From a bacterium (GTDB lineage: Bacteria > Zhuqueibacterota > Zhuqueibacteria > Oceanimicrobiales > Oceanimicrobiaceae), in contig JBHHXN010000076.1 of assembly GCA_046757025.1 (NCBI GenBank), positions 1 to 23,578 of the forward strand: 23,578 nt of DNA, in the 5' to 3' direction. The translations under genes were made by a program, and so were the position numbers. Of the stretch, positions 1-8,244 are shown piece after piece; positions within the stretch are counted from its first letter, which is position 1; each line of letters starts with the position of its first letter. The notes under the pieces are model-generated. The model ran no database searches and was not told where the DNA came from. It was given only the letters and a program-made list of their open reading frames with translations.

Positions 1-53
1 AGAACTCTCAGGCTCAAACTTTTTTTTGCTTAGAATGAACTGTCGAAGTTGGG
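1..53. mobile_element. Possible terminus of an IS element (IS1634-like end) interrupting the SDR gene; partial at window edge
   Basis: SDR-like coding breaks down at about 53/54. Bases 40-53 read CTGTCGAAGTTGGG (CCCAACTTCGACAG on the minus strand), which from memory resembles the CC-initiated ends of IS1634-family elements. No partner IR or transposase is in the window. Confidence 0.3.
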
Positions 54-662
54 TTTGCCCTCGCTTGCTATCTGGTCGTACGCCATCACTCGCGTATCCA
101 CCAGGCTGGGACTCACCACCACCACGCGAATGTTGTGCTGGCGCACTTCGTAGAGCAAGGATTGAGCCAGGCCCATCAGGCCAAACTTTGAAGCGGAGTA
201 GGCGGCACCGCCGGCATCGGCGCGCTTGCCCGAAGTCGAAGAAACCATCACGATGGTTCCGGATTGCTGCTGGATCATATCTTTTAGAAAATAATGCGTC
301 ACTAAAAACGCCCCACGCAGATTGGTGTTGATGACTTTGTCCCAATCGCTCGATGCCAGATCCACCACGTTCCCCCTGGCAAAGGCAGCGGCGTTGTTCA
401 CCAGGATATCCAGGGCGCCCCACTCTGCAGAAACGGTGCGGGCCAGGTTGGCCACTTGCTGCTCCTGACAGATGTCTGCGGGCAACGTCAATACCTTTCT
501 GCTCAGGGTTTTAATTTCTTCGGCCACCGCCCGTAACCGGCTTTCGTTGCGAGCGGTTAACACCACATCTGCACCCGCACGCGCAAAATGCAAAGCGATT
601 TCCCGTCCAATGCCGCGTCCGCTGCCGGTGATGAGCGCTTTTTTACCGGCTAATAATTCCAT
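30..662 (-). CDS. Classical short-chain dehydrogenase/reductase (SDR), probably NADP(H)-preferring; C-terminus probably truncated
   Basis: TGSGRGIG Rossmann motif, basic residue after beta2 (TARN), NNAA, VSS and catalytic YSASK. It is only 210 aa and ends about 20 residues after SPSLVDT, without the usual final helix and strand. Confidence 0.85.
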   Translation of the reverse strand: MELLAGKKALITGSGRGIGREIALHFARAGADVVLTARNESRLRAVAEEIKTLSRKVLTLPADICQEQQVANLARTVSAEWGALDILVNNAAAFARGNVVDLASSDWDKVINTNLRGAFLVTHYFLKDMIQQQSGTIVMVSSTSGKRADAGGAAYSASKFGLMGLAQSLLYEVRQHNIRVVVVSPSLVDTRVMAYDQIASEGKPNFDSSF

Positions 663-752
663 TTAAAGCCCCTTTGATTTTGTTGTATTTGGCTAAGGAA
701 GATTCAAAAAATAGTCCAATGCCCCATTCCTTTGATCACCCATTCCTCAAAC

Positions 753-785
753 AAAAAAGCCACGCCGATTGAGTGGCATGGCTTT
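753..785 (-). terminator. Intrinsic terminator of the pnt operon
   Basis: Minus strand reads AAAGCCATGCC-actcaatc-GGCGTGGCTTT running into a T tract, about 25 nt after the pntB stop. Confidence 0.85.
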
Positions 786-808
786 CCTGGTAATGATTAT
801 TCTATAAA

Positions 809-2179
809 TCAACTTTTCAATACCTGCACGATTTCGGTGACCATTTTTTTGGCGTCGCCGAACAGCATCATGGTTTTTTCATCGTAAAACAGCTCGTTGT
901 CCTCGCCGGCAAATCCCGCCGAGAGACTGCGTTTGACGATCATCACCGTGCGCGCCTGATCCACATTCAGGATGGGCATTCCGTAGAGCGCGCTGTCTTT
1001 TTTGTAGCGCGCCGCGGGATTGATGACGTCATTGGCGCCGATAACCAAAACGACATCGGTGTTCTGGAAATCATCGTTGATGGCATCCATTTCAAACAGC
1101 AAATCGTACGACACATTGGCTTCGGCTAAAAGCACGTTCATGTGACCGGGCATGCGGCCCGCCACCGGATGGATGGCGTACCGGACCTGAACGCCGCGAT
1201 CCATCAGGATTTGCGCCATTTCCTGCAGAACGTGCTGTGCCTGGGCTACTGCCAGACCGTAGCCGGGTACGATGATCACCGACTGGGCGTTGTCCAGCAT
1301 CATTACGGCGTCTTCCGCGGTGTAACGAGTGACGGTTTTCTGCTCGCCGCCGCTGGCTGTGGTACTATCGTCCGTACCGACAGCCGCAAATAGCACGTTG
1401 CCGAGCGAGCGGTTCATGGCCACACACATGATGTTGGTGAGGATGAGACCGGATGCGCCCACCAGCGCTCCGCTGATGATGAGAACGCTGTTGGAAATCA
1501 CAAATCCTGTAGCTGCCGCGGCCAAACCGGAGTACGAATTCAGCAAGGAAATCACCACCGGCATATCGGCCCCGCCGATGGGGATCACGGAAAGGACTCC
1601 CAAAATGGCCGACAAAATCAGGAGGGCGATAATCACGGTCCACATGGTCGGGTTCATCACTAAAATGACGCCCATCACCACGATGGCGGTGATCAAAAAG
1701 CCGTTGACGAAATGCTGACCGTGGTAGGTGATCGGGGCGCCGCGCATGATGCCCTGCAGCTTGGCAAACGCGATTAAGCTGCCGAAGAAAGTCACGGTAC
1801 CGATGAGAATACTTAACGCGATGGTAATCAAATCGTTGGTGTGGGGTTGCGCGGACAATTGAAAGTATTCCGCGGCCGCTACCATGGTTGAAGCGCCGCC
1901 GCCAAATCCGTTGAACAGCGCCACCATCTGCGGCATTTCCGTCAACTGTACTTTTTTTGCAGCAAAAGCGCCGATAGCAGAGCCCACTACCAGACCGGCA
2001 ATGATGTAAGTATAATCGAGAATCTTTTGATCGATCAAAGTTACCAGAATCGCAAGCAGCATGGCCAGCATGGCCAGCAAGTTGCCACGGCGGGCGGTTT
2101 TGGGTGAGCCGAGATTTTTTAAGCCCAAAATGAAGAGTACAGCCGATAACAAATAAACGATATTCGTAATCGTGATCAT
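809..2179 (-). CDS. pntB: NAD(P)+ transhydrogenase beta subunit
   Basis: Multi-TM N-terminus with EMPQMVALFNGFGG and IGGADMPVVISLLNSYSG; NADP-binding domain III with VPGYGLAVAQAQ, HPVAGRMPGHMNVLLAEA and GANDVINP. ATGA overlap with the upstream gene. Confidence 0.98.
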   Translation of the reverse strand: MITITNIVYLLSAVLFILGLKNLGSPKTARRGNLLAMLAMLLAILVTLIDQKILDYTYIIAGLVVGSAIGAFAAKKVQLTEMPQMVALFNGFGGGASTMVAAAEYFQLSAQPHTNDLITIALSILIGTVTFFGSLIAFAKLQGIMRGAPITYHGQHFVNGFLITAIVVMGVILVMNPTMWTVIIALLILSAILGVLSVIPIGGADMPVVISLLNSYSGLAAAATGFVISNSVLIISGALVGASGLILTNIMCVAMNRSLGNVLFAAVGTDDSTTASGGEQKTVTRYTAEDAVMMLDNAQSVIIVPGYGLAVAQAQHVLQEMAQILMDRGVQVRYAIHPVAGRMPGHMNVLLAEANVSYDLLFEMDAINDDFQNTDVVLVIGANDVINPAARYKKDSALYGMPILNVDQARTVMIVKRSLSAGFAGEDNELFYDEKTMMLFGDAKKMVTEIVQVLKS

Positions 2180-2490
2180 ATTTTATTTTCCCTTCCCTGT
2201 TTTTTATCTTTGCCTTTTTTGAACATCTCTAACATGCGGTCGGTTACCATAAAACCGCCGACGACATTTACAGTGGCGAAAATAACCGCAAACAAACCGA
2301 GCATGGTGGCAAGGAAAGAGTGACCCGAACCGGCGCTCAACAAAGCGCCCACCAGGGTAATGCCCGAAATCGCGTTGGAGCCGGACATCAGCGGCGTGTG
2401 CAAGAGTGGCGGCACTTTGGTGATCACTTCAAAGCCGATAAAAATGGCTAACACAAAAATATAAATTGAAATTAACATTGGATCTGTCAT
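2176..2490 (-). CDS. pntA: NAD(P)+ transhydrogenase alpha subunit part 2 (membrane domain, PntAB)
   Basis: KVPPLLHTPLMSGSNAISGI and NVVGGFMVTDRMLEMF signatures; 104 aa, hydrophobic. Confidence 0.96.
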   Translation of the reverse strand: MTDPMLISIYIFVLAIFIGFEVITKVPPLLHTPLMSGSNAISGITLVGALLSAGSGHSFLATMLGLFAVIFATVNVVGGFMVTDRMLEMFKKGKDKKQGRENKI

Positions 2491-2495
2491 AAATT

Positions 2496-3650
2496 CTAAT
2501 TCTCCTCATTTAATGATTTGCGAACCATTTCATTGACGATTTCTCCGTCGTGAGTAATGCAGGTAGATTTGGTGATTTTATCCTCAAAATCCAGAGCATG
2601 ATCCTCCGCCTGAAAAAGATGCTTGAACAAATTGATGATATTTTTTGAATGCATTTGACTGGCATGCAACGGCACCGTTCGAGCCAGATTTACCGCACCG
2701 TAAATTTTCACACCGTGTTTTTCGACCATTTTGTCCACTTCCGACAGTTCACAGTTGCCCCCTTCCGCTGCAGCTAAGTCGATGATCACCGAGCCGGGAT
2801 TCATCATTTTTACCATTTCTTCCGTCACCAGCAGCGGCGAAGGTTTGCCAAAAATTTGCGCAGTGGTTATCAAGGCATCTACCTTTGAAAGCCGCGAGGA
2901 AATCACTTCTCGTTCTTTTAATAGAAATTCTTCGGATTGCTGTTTGGCATAACCGCCGGCGGTTTCGACATCCTCGATCAATTCCATTTCTAGAAACAAA
3001 GCGCCAAGACTCTCCACCTGCTCGCGCACCGCCGGTCGCGGATCAAACGCCTCCACTTTTGCCCCCAATCGCTTGGCTGTAGCAATAGCCTGCAGACCGG
3101 CCACCCCCGCCCCAAGAATTAAAACGTTGGCTGGCGGAATGGTTCCCGCTGCCGTCATCAGCAGCGGAAAAAATTTACCCAAATTGTCTGCGGCCATTAA
3201 AACGGCTTTGTAGCCGGCAATGGTAGACATGGAGCTGAGAATGTCCATGCTCTGGGCTTTGGTGATGCGGGGAAGATATTCCATGGCAAAGCTTGTCACC
3301 CCCCGCTTGAGCAGTTTGGGCACCAGCTCCTTGTGAGTGAGGGGCGGCAAGGAACAAATCAAGCAAGACTTCTTTTTGAGCAGTTCGATTTCATGCTTAC
3401 CGAGTTTGGGATGTTTTTGTGGAGCCTGAAATTTGAAAAGGATATCCGCTTCTTCGTACAAAGCTTTGGTGTCGGGAACTATCCTGGCGCCAGCCTTTTC
3501 GTATTCTTCGTCTGAAAAGAAAGCGTTGATACCTGCTTTCGATTCAACCAACACTTGGTGATTATCTTTCGTTAAAAGCGAAACCATGGAAGGCACCACC
3601 GCCACGCGCGTCTCACCTGCACTGATTTCCTTTAGTATGCCTATTTTCAA
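2496..3650 (-). CDS. pntA: NAD(P)+ transhydrogenase alpha subunit part 1 (NAD-binding domain I, PntAA)
   Basis: KEISAGETRVAVVP, PRITKAQSMDILSSM, GAGVAGLQAIATAKRLGA, GGYAK and GGNCELS. TTG start preceded by AAGGAGG. Confidence 0.97.
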   Translation of the reverse strand: MKIGILKEISAGETRVAVVPSMVSLLTKDNHQVLVESKAGINAFFSDEEYEKAGARIVPDTKALYEEADILFKFQAPQKHPKLGKHEIELLKKKSCLICSLPPLTHKELVPKLLKRGVTSFAMEYLPRITKAQSMDILSSMSTIAGYKAVLMAADNLGKFFPLLMTAAGTIPPANVLILGAGVAGLQAIATAKRLGAKVEAFDPRPAVREQVESLGALFLEMELIEDVETAGGYAKQQSEEFLLKEREVISSRLSKVDALITTAQIFGKPSPLLVTEEMVKMMNPGSVIIDLAAAEGGNCELSEVDKMVEKHGVKIYGAVNLARTVPLHASQMHSKNIINLFKHLFQAEDHALDFEDKITKSTCITHDGEIVNEMVRKSLNEEN

Positions 3651-3723
3651 TGGGATCCTCCTTCAAATCATTAATGTTTTTGTAAGCTAATTTTTCAGAT
3701 TCAAAAGCGGTAATTCAATTTCT

Positions 3724-3866
3724 GAGTATCTCGTAAAAAGTACTCCGTGCTGTTATTGCGAGCGAAGCGAAGCAATCTCATCCATGATAAGTCATTGATT
3801 TTTAGAGATCGCGTCGTCACTTCGTTCCTCGCGATGACACGAAACTGGACTTTTTACGAGATACTC
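3724..3866. mobile_element. 143-bp MITE-like element with a REP-like palindromic core
   Basis: Perfect 18-bp TIRs GAGTATCTCGTAAAAAGT (3724-3741) and ACTTTTTACGAGATACTC (3849-3866); flanking 6-bp direct repeat ATTTCT (3718-3723 and 3867-3872); inner palindrome TGTTATTGCGAGCGAAGCGAAGCAATCTC...GAGATCGCGTCGTCACTTCGTTCCTCGCGATGACA. Confidence 0.9.
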
Positions 3867-3909
3867 ATTTCTAAATTTATCTAATTTATGTTTACATTTC
3901 ACAATTGCT

Positions 3910-3937
3910 TATATAACAAAAATCTAATTAAAAGCAA
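3910..3937 (-). promoter_or_regulatory. Putative sigma70-type promoter of the pnt operon
   Basis: Minus strand TTGCTT-16 nt-TATATA with a TGn extended -10, in AT-rich DNA upstream of pntA1. Confidence 0.4.
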
Positions 3938-4030
3938 ACCTTTTTATCGGAATTTTTAATTAATCCTGAAATTCAAACATAAAAGTAAACAACCACAAAC
4001 GACGATTCCGATAATTATAAAAAAGGCCCA

Positions 4031-4267
4031 CTAACTCCCCTGAAAATATCTAAAAGATTTGGGAGCAATGGAGTCTTTTGCGGGCTTAAATAAATACATC
4101 ATAAAATTTAAATTGTACCAAAATATGGCCAGGATTTTCAAATCAAATTCAAATACCAACCTTTTGCGCCTTTTAAAATCAAGGGTTGATTGCCGCATCA
4201 ATTTTTGTGCCAGGTGCTCAATTCTGCGTTCATAATTCCGGGCACTTAATATCTTGTTTTTATACAT
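4031..4267 (-). CDS. Possible small basic hypothetical protein (78 aa; ORF extends to 4309)
   Basis: Open frame MYKNKILSARNYERRIEHLAQKL... in AT-rich DNA, co-oriented with both neighbours; no clear SD and no recognised motif. Confidence 0.3.
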   Translation of the reverse strand: MYKNKILSARNYERRIEHLAQKLMRQSTLDFKRRKRLVFEFDLKILAIFWYNLNFMMYLFKPAKDSIAPKSFRYFQGS

Positions 4268-4473
4268 CCGGTTGCAAAATCTATTTGGGTTTTGATTAGT
4301 TATTCCCATTCCTGAGAAATAAACCAGAACTTTTTCTTAATATCAAGAAATCGTTCAGCAACTTACCATTCATATTCAGAGTAATTTTGAGTTGTGAGAT
4401 AGAAAATGTTTGAAGTAAAATCAAGCAAGAGCAGAAGGGCAAAAAACCAAAGGAAGCCAGAAAAAAAACAACC

Positions 4474-4758
4474 TCAACCTTCAATCTCGACCAGCAAACC
4501 GATTTCGCGCAGCACGCCGGCCACGCGGTTGCAGGCGGAAAAATCGCCTTTGTATGCCACGGCCTTGCCTTTAAAATGGGCTTCTAAGGTGATACGGGTA
4601 GCTTCAAGCACGGAATAGCCGGCCGCTTTTTGAAGTTGCAAAATAACCTCGTCAAAGCTGTGAATTTCATCGTTGAATAAAATAACCTGCCAGGGACGGG
4701 TTATTTTGATGTTTGGTAAAGTGGTTTTCTTTTTTTTGGTGGTGGTTTTGACAGACAT
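4474..4758 (-). CDS. clpS: ATP-dependent Clp protease adaptor ClpS
   Basis: WQVILFNDEIHSFDEVI and LEAHFKGKAVAY motifs; 94 aa; start overlaps the mutY stop (TAATG). Confidence 0.9.
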   Translation of the reverse strand: MSVKTTTKKKKTTLPNIKITRPWQVILFNDEIHSFDEVILQLQKAAGYSVLEATRITLEAHFKGKAVAYKGDFSACNRVAGVLREIGLLVEIEG

Positions 4759-5843
4759 TATAAATTTTTTAGAAGCGCATCCAAAATAATTTTATTTGCC
4801 TTGGGAAAAGCGTATTTGCCGATTTCTTCAGGCAGCACCCACTTCCAGTCGATGGCTTTTTGGGGCCGGGGTTCACCGCTAATATACTGGCACTGAAAAG
4901 AATGCAAAGTGATGTTGAAATGGGAATAAGAATGCGGCACGGTTAAAAATGGCCCCTGCACGCGAATTTGAATGGCCATTTCCTCGCGAATTTCTCTTTC
5001 CAGGCATTCTTCCAGAGTTTCACCGGCTTCTTTTTTGCCGCCTGGGAATTCCCAGAGACCGCCTAAAAGGCCTTCTTTAGGCCGCTGGTCGATGAGAATT
5101 TTTCCTTGCTTCCAGATAATGCCGATCACCACATCGTAATGCGGTTTTTTTTTCGGCTGCGATTTTACCGGCAGCAGAGCCGGATCTTTCATGGTCTGAT
5201 AAGCCAAACAGAAGAAATTGATCGGGCACTTTGTGCACGCCGGCTTGAATGGTTTGCAAATGATCGCGCCTAATTCCATCAGCGCCTGATTAAAATTGCT
5301 TGCCTGACCCTCCGGCAGCAAATCCCGGGCGGCCTGTACAAACTTCGACTTGACGGCTTTAATGTTCGGCGGTTCCTCCACTTTCAACACCCGCGCCAGC
5401 ACACGCAGCACGTTGCCATCCACCACCGGATAACTTTCATTGAACGCGATGCTGGCGATGGCCGCCGAAGTGTACGGGCCGATCCCTGGAATTTTGATCA
5501 AGTCATCATGAGTTGGCGGCATTTTACCATCATATTTTTGAAGCAGGATTTCCGCGGCCTGCTTTAAATTTCGGGCGCGGGCATAGTATCCCAGGCCTTC
5601 CCAAATTTTTAACACCTCCGAAAGTGACGCCTCTGCCACAGATTTGATATCGGGAAACGCTCGAATAAAATTTTCATAATACGGAATTACTTGCTCCACT
5701 TGCGTTTGCTGCAGCATCACTTCCGAAACCCAGATTTTATAGGGATCGGAGGTTTTCCGCCAGGGCAGATCGCGTTTGTTTTTCAGATACCAACCCAGCA
5801 GTTTTTCTGTGAAAGCGGTTTTAAATTTTTGCTCTAATTTCAT
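4758..5843 (-). CDS. mutY: A/G-specific adenine glycosylase MutY with C-terminal Nudix domain
   Basis: RDLPWR, WVSEVMLQQTQV, WEGLGYYARARNL, HhH IPGIGPYT, VDGNVLRV, [4Fe-4S] C-x6-C-x2-C-x5-C and GLLGGLWEFPGG. Confidence 0.98.
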   Translation of the reverse strand: MKLEQKFKTAFTEKLLGWYLKNKRDLPWRKTSDPYKIWVSEVMLQQTQVEQVIPYYENFIRAFPDIKSVAEASLSEVLKIWEGLGYYARARNLKQAAEILLQKYDGKMPPTHDDLIKIPGIGPYTSAAIASIAFNESYPVVDGNVLRVLARVLKVEEPPNIKAVKSKFVQAARDLLPEGQASNFNQALMELGAIICKPFKPACTKCPINFFCLAYQTMKDPALLPVKSQPKKKPHYDVVIGIIWKQGKILIDQRPKEGLLGGLWEFPGGKKEAGETLEECLEREIREEMAIQIRVQGPFLTVPHSYSHFNITLHSFQCQYISGEPRPQKAIDWKWVLPEEIGKYAFPKANKIILDALLKNL

Positions 5844-5850
5844 ACTCTGC

Positions 5851-5879
5851 TTGTTTTCAAATCATAGATTTTGTATATT
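5851..5879 (+). promoter_or_regulatory. Putative sigma70-type promoter of greA
   Basis: TTGTTT-17 nt-TATATT, 46 nt upstream of the greA ATG. Confidence 0.55.
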
Positions 5880-5925
5880 GAAGTCGTTAAGTGGACGTTT
5901 CACACTAACTGCAAGGGAGTACTTT

Positions 5926-6402
5926 ATGAAACAATATTATTTTACCGAATCAGGTTATCAAAAGCTCAAAAAAGAAATCGACGAATTAGAAAAATTCATT
6001 AAACACGATATCGCCAAAGAAATCGCCACCGCCCGAGAACACGGCGATTTGCGCGAGAATGCTGAATACGAAGCCGCAAAAAACAAACAAGCCAATTACA
6101 TGGCCAAGTTGGGTCAACTACAAGAAAGATTTATGAACGCGCGCATCATTCGCAAAGAAGATATGCCGCCAGACACGATAACGCTGGGAAAAAAGGTTAA
6201 AATTCGCGATGTGGAAACGGGCGAAGTAGAACAATACATCATTCTCGGTGAAGGTGAAACCGATATCGAAAATGGCATAATCAGCTATCTTTCTCCTCTG
6301 GCCAAAGCACTCATCAATCATAAAAAAGGTGAAATTGCTGAGGTGGTGTTACCGCGCGGTACAAAACAATACGAAATTTTAGAAATTATATTTCTCGAGT
6401 AG
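5926..6402 (+). CDS. greA: Transcription elongation factor GreA (158 aa; true start at ATG 5926 rather than the ORF-track start 5776)
   Basis: AREHGDLRENAEYEAAK and ISYLSPLAKALI motifs; SD AAGGGAG before ATG 5926. Confidence 0.96.
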   Translation: MKQYYFTESGYQKLKKEIDELEKFIKHDIAKEIATAREHGDLRENAEYEAAKNKQANYMAKLGQLQERFMNARIIRKEDMPPDTITLGKKVKIRDVETGEVEQYIILGEGETDIENGIISYLSPLAKALINHKKGEIAEVVLPRGTKQYEILEIIFLE

Positions 6403-6473
6403 CCAAAATGGTATGGAACTAACACGTCAACAATTGTTGAAACTGCAAACCCTGATCTCCCGTTCCACAATTG

Positions 6474-7070
6474 TTAAAATCCCCTTTCACGGATTTTCTT
6501 TTTGGCATTTATTTCGATCTTTTGAATGGCCCGTTCCATGGTTTTTTTCAAAAGTTGATTGGTTTCGTGCGCTCTCCTTTTTTGTAAATATGGTATTGTC
6601 GATTTACTGCCGAAACATCCTAATATATAAATTCCTTCCCATTTGTCAAACAATTTTTCTCGCTCCGTTAGCAGCATAAGTGCGCGGTCCGAGTATTCTT
6701 TAAAAGATTGCAAATAGTCTTTTTGCAGAGCATAAATTTTTCTTGCCAAATCCACGCGTACTAAAACATCCGTGGCTTTCTGATAAAGCGCTTCCAGAAT
6801 TCTCACCGCACTTGTGCCAAGCCGTTTATTGCAAAAAGCTCGAATATTTTGATGAAAATCAATTTCATGATTTGGCAGCACATTCTCAAAATCACCCTCT
6901 TCTAAAAATATTTCATCCCAAAAATAGTCGTAAACATTCCGAACTGGCAAATCGATTTCAGGTTCTAGAAATTGGTCAGGAAAAACCGCTTGCGTTTTGT
7001 TTTTTGCGGTTCTTTTTTTGGTTTGTACTTTGCGCTTCTGACGTTTTCGTTTAAATCTTTTTTTCTTCAT
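6474..7070 (-). CDS. Hypothetical protein with a very basic N-terminal tail, an acidic segment and a HEAT-like helical C-terminus
   Basis: 198-aa ORF filling the gap; MKKKRFKRKRQKRK start; EGIYILGCFGSKSTIPYLQK resembles a HEAT/PBS-lyase repeat. Confidence 0.7.
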   Translation of the reverse strand: MKKKRFKRKRQKRKVQTKKRTAKNKTQAVFPDQFLEPEIDLPVRNVYDYFWDEIFLEEGDFENVLPNHEIDFHQNIRAFCNKRLGTSAVRILEALYQKATDVLVRVDLARKIYALQKDYLQSFKEYSDRALMLLTEREKLFDKWEGIYILGCFGSKSTIPYLQKRRAHETNQLLKKTMERAIQKIEINAKKKIRERGF

Positions 7071-7212
7071 GTGTGAAAATTTTTTAAAACCCGTATCGGG
7101 AAGTGACCATTGTTAGAAAAACGAGATAAGTTATTATGCCTTTTAAATTGTCTAAAAATCTGACCTGGAAATGGCTCGATTAAGCACTGAGCCACACTTG
7201 TTTGACTACAAA

Positions 7213-7914
7213 TCACCGCAAAAGTTCAAACTCGAGTGCACCTGCCAGTCTGATTTCAGGAGGCGAAATGCGCGTGCTGTACACTAATATTTCTACCCCT
7301 TTTTGAAAGGCAGATTGCAAGGTTTCTGAGTAGACCGGGTCCAAATCGAAAGCGGGTTGAAAGCGATCACAATCCGCTCGCTGTACCAGAAAACACATGA
7401 CCCCGCGGTGACCGGCCGCCACCACTTTCATCAGGTGATTCAAGTGTTTGGTGCCGCGTTCGGTACGGGCATCCGGAAAGCGCGCACAACCGTCTTCAGC
7501 CAGCGTGACGTTTTTTACTTCCACAAAGCAACTTTGCCGCTTGTTTTGAAGCCGGAAATCAAACCGGCAATTTTTCTCCCAGACCGCTTCTTTTTTAATT
7601 TCATCAAATTCAGTTAATTCGGGAATCTGTCGGTTGGTCAGGGCTTCGTGCACGATGCGGTTGGCGTTCAAAGTATTGACGCCTACCCAGTTTTTTTTCA
7701 CCTGCACCAGCTCCCAGGTGTAGGCGAGTTTTCTTTTGGGGTTAGCGCTTTTCGAAAGCAAGACCGGACTGCCGGTTTGCAGCAGCCCTTTCATGCTGCC
7801 GGAATTGGGGCAATGCGCGGTGAGAACCGGACCCGTAGGCAATTCCACATCCACCAGAAATCGCTTGTAACGCTGACGCAAGGTTCCGGCAATCAAAGGT
7901 TCGGCAAGTTTCAA
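7213..7914 (-). CDS. sfsA: DNA/RNA nuclease SfsA (sugar fermentation stimulation protein)
   Basis: RYKRFLVDV, AHCPNSGSM, RFDF, VEVKNVTL and FPDARTERGTKHL; TTG start. Confidence 0.97.
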   Translation of the reverse strand: MKLAEPLIAGTLRQRYKRFLVDVELPTGPVLTAHCPNSGSMKGLLQTGSPVLLSKSANPKRKLAYTWELVQVKKNWVGVNTLNANRIVHEALTNRQIPELTEFDEIKKEAVWEKNCRFDFRLQNKRQSCFVEVKNVTLAEDGCARFPDARTERGTKHLNHLMKVVAAGHRGVMCFLVQRADCDRFQPAFDLDPVYSETLQSAFQKGVEILVYSTRISPPEIRLAGALEFELLR

Positions 7915-8048
7915 ACCGTCTCTCGATTATTTAAGATTAAATGAAGGTTAGTCGGTAACATCTTACAGTAACCTAAATTGAACGATTTAGCGTTGAATGG
8001 TCTGACCAACAGGTTGAAGTGTTCAGAATCAAGGGTGTTCATGCTTCA

Positions 8049-8208
8049 GAGACTGTGTGAAAGCACACCATTCACCTACTCTGTCACTCCGCAGGAATCT
8101 TTTTATATTGAACGTAAGGCGCTGTTTATTGAAAAGAGCCCGCGGTTGCGGGATTACATTTAATATGTTTTTGGTTTTGAGTCAGCGTTTCGACTTTTAC
8201 ACAGGCAC
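8049..8208. mobile_element. MITE copy A (160 bp, more degenerate)
   Basis: Imperfect TIRs GAGACTGTGTGAAAG and CTTTTACACAGGCAC; 4-bp TSD TTCA (8045-8048 and 8209-8212); interior aligns with copy B. Confidence 0.8.
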
Positions 8209-8244
8209 TTCAGTGTGTTTTCCTCCTCACCCCGGTAAGCTGAA

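Noticed and set aside
5776..5925. 50-aa N-terminal extension of GreA in the ORF track
   Set aside because: It overlaps mutY and the greA promoter; the SD and family length point to ATG 5926.
6414..6475. Perfect 14-bp palindrome TCAACAATTGTTGA (6427-6440) and a second ACAATTGTT
   Set aside because: Lies between convergent stops, is AT-rich and loopless, and has no U tract; no function can be supported. The overlapping 88-aa ORF is antisense to the 198-aa gene.
7945..7974. AGGTTA...TAACCT inverted repeat upstream of sfsA
   Set aside because: Only 6-bp arms with weak inner pairing; no operator I can recognise.
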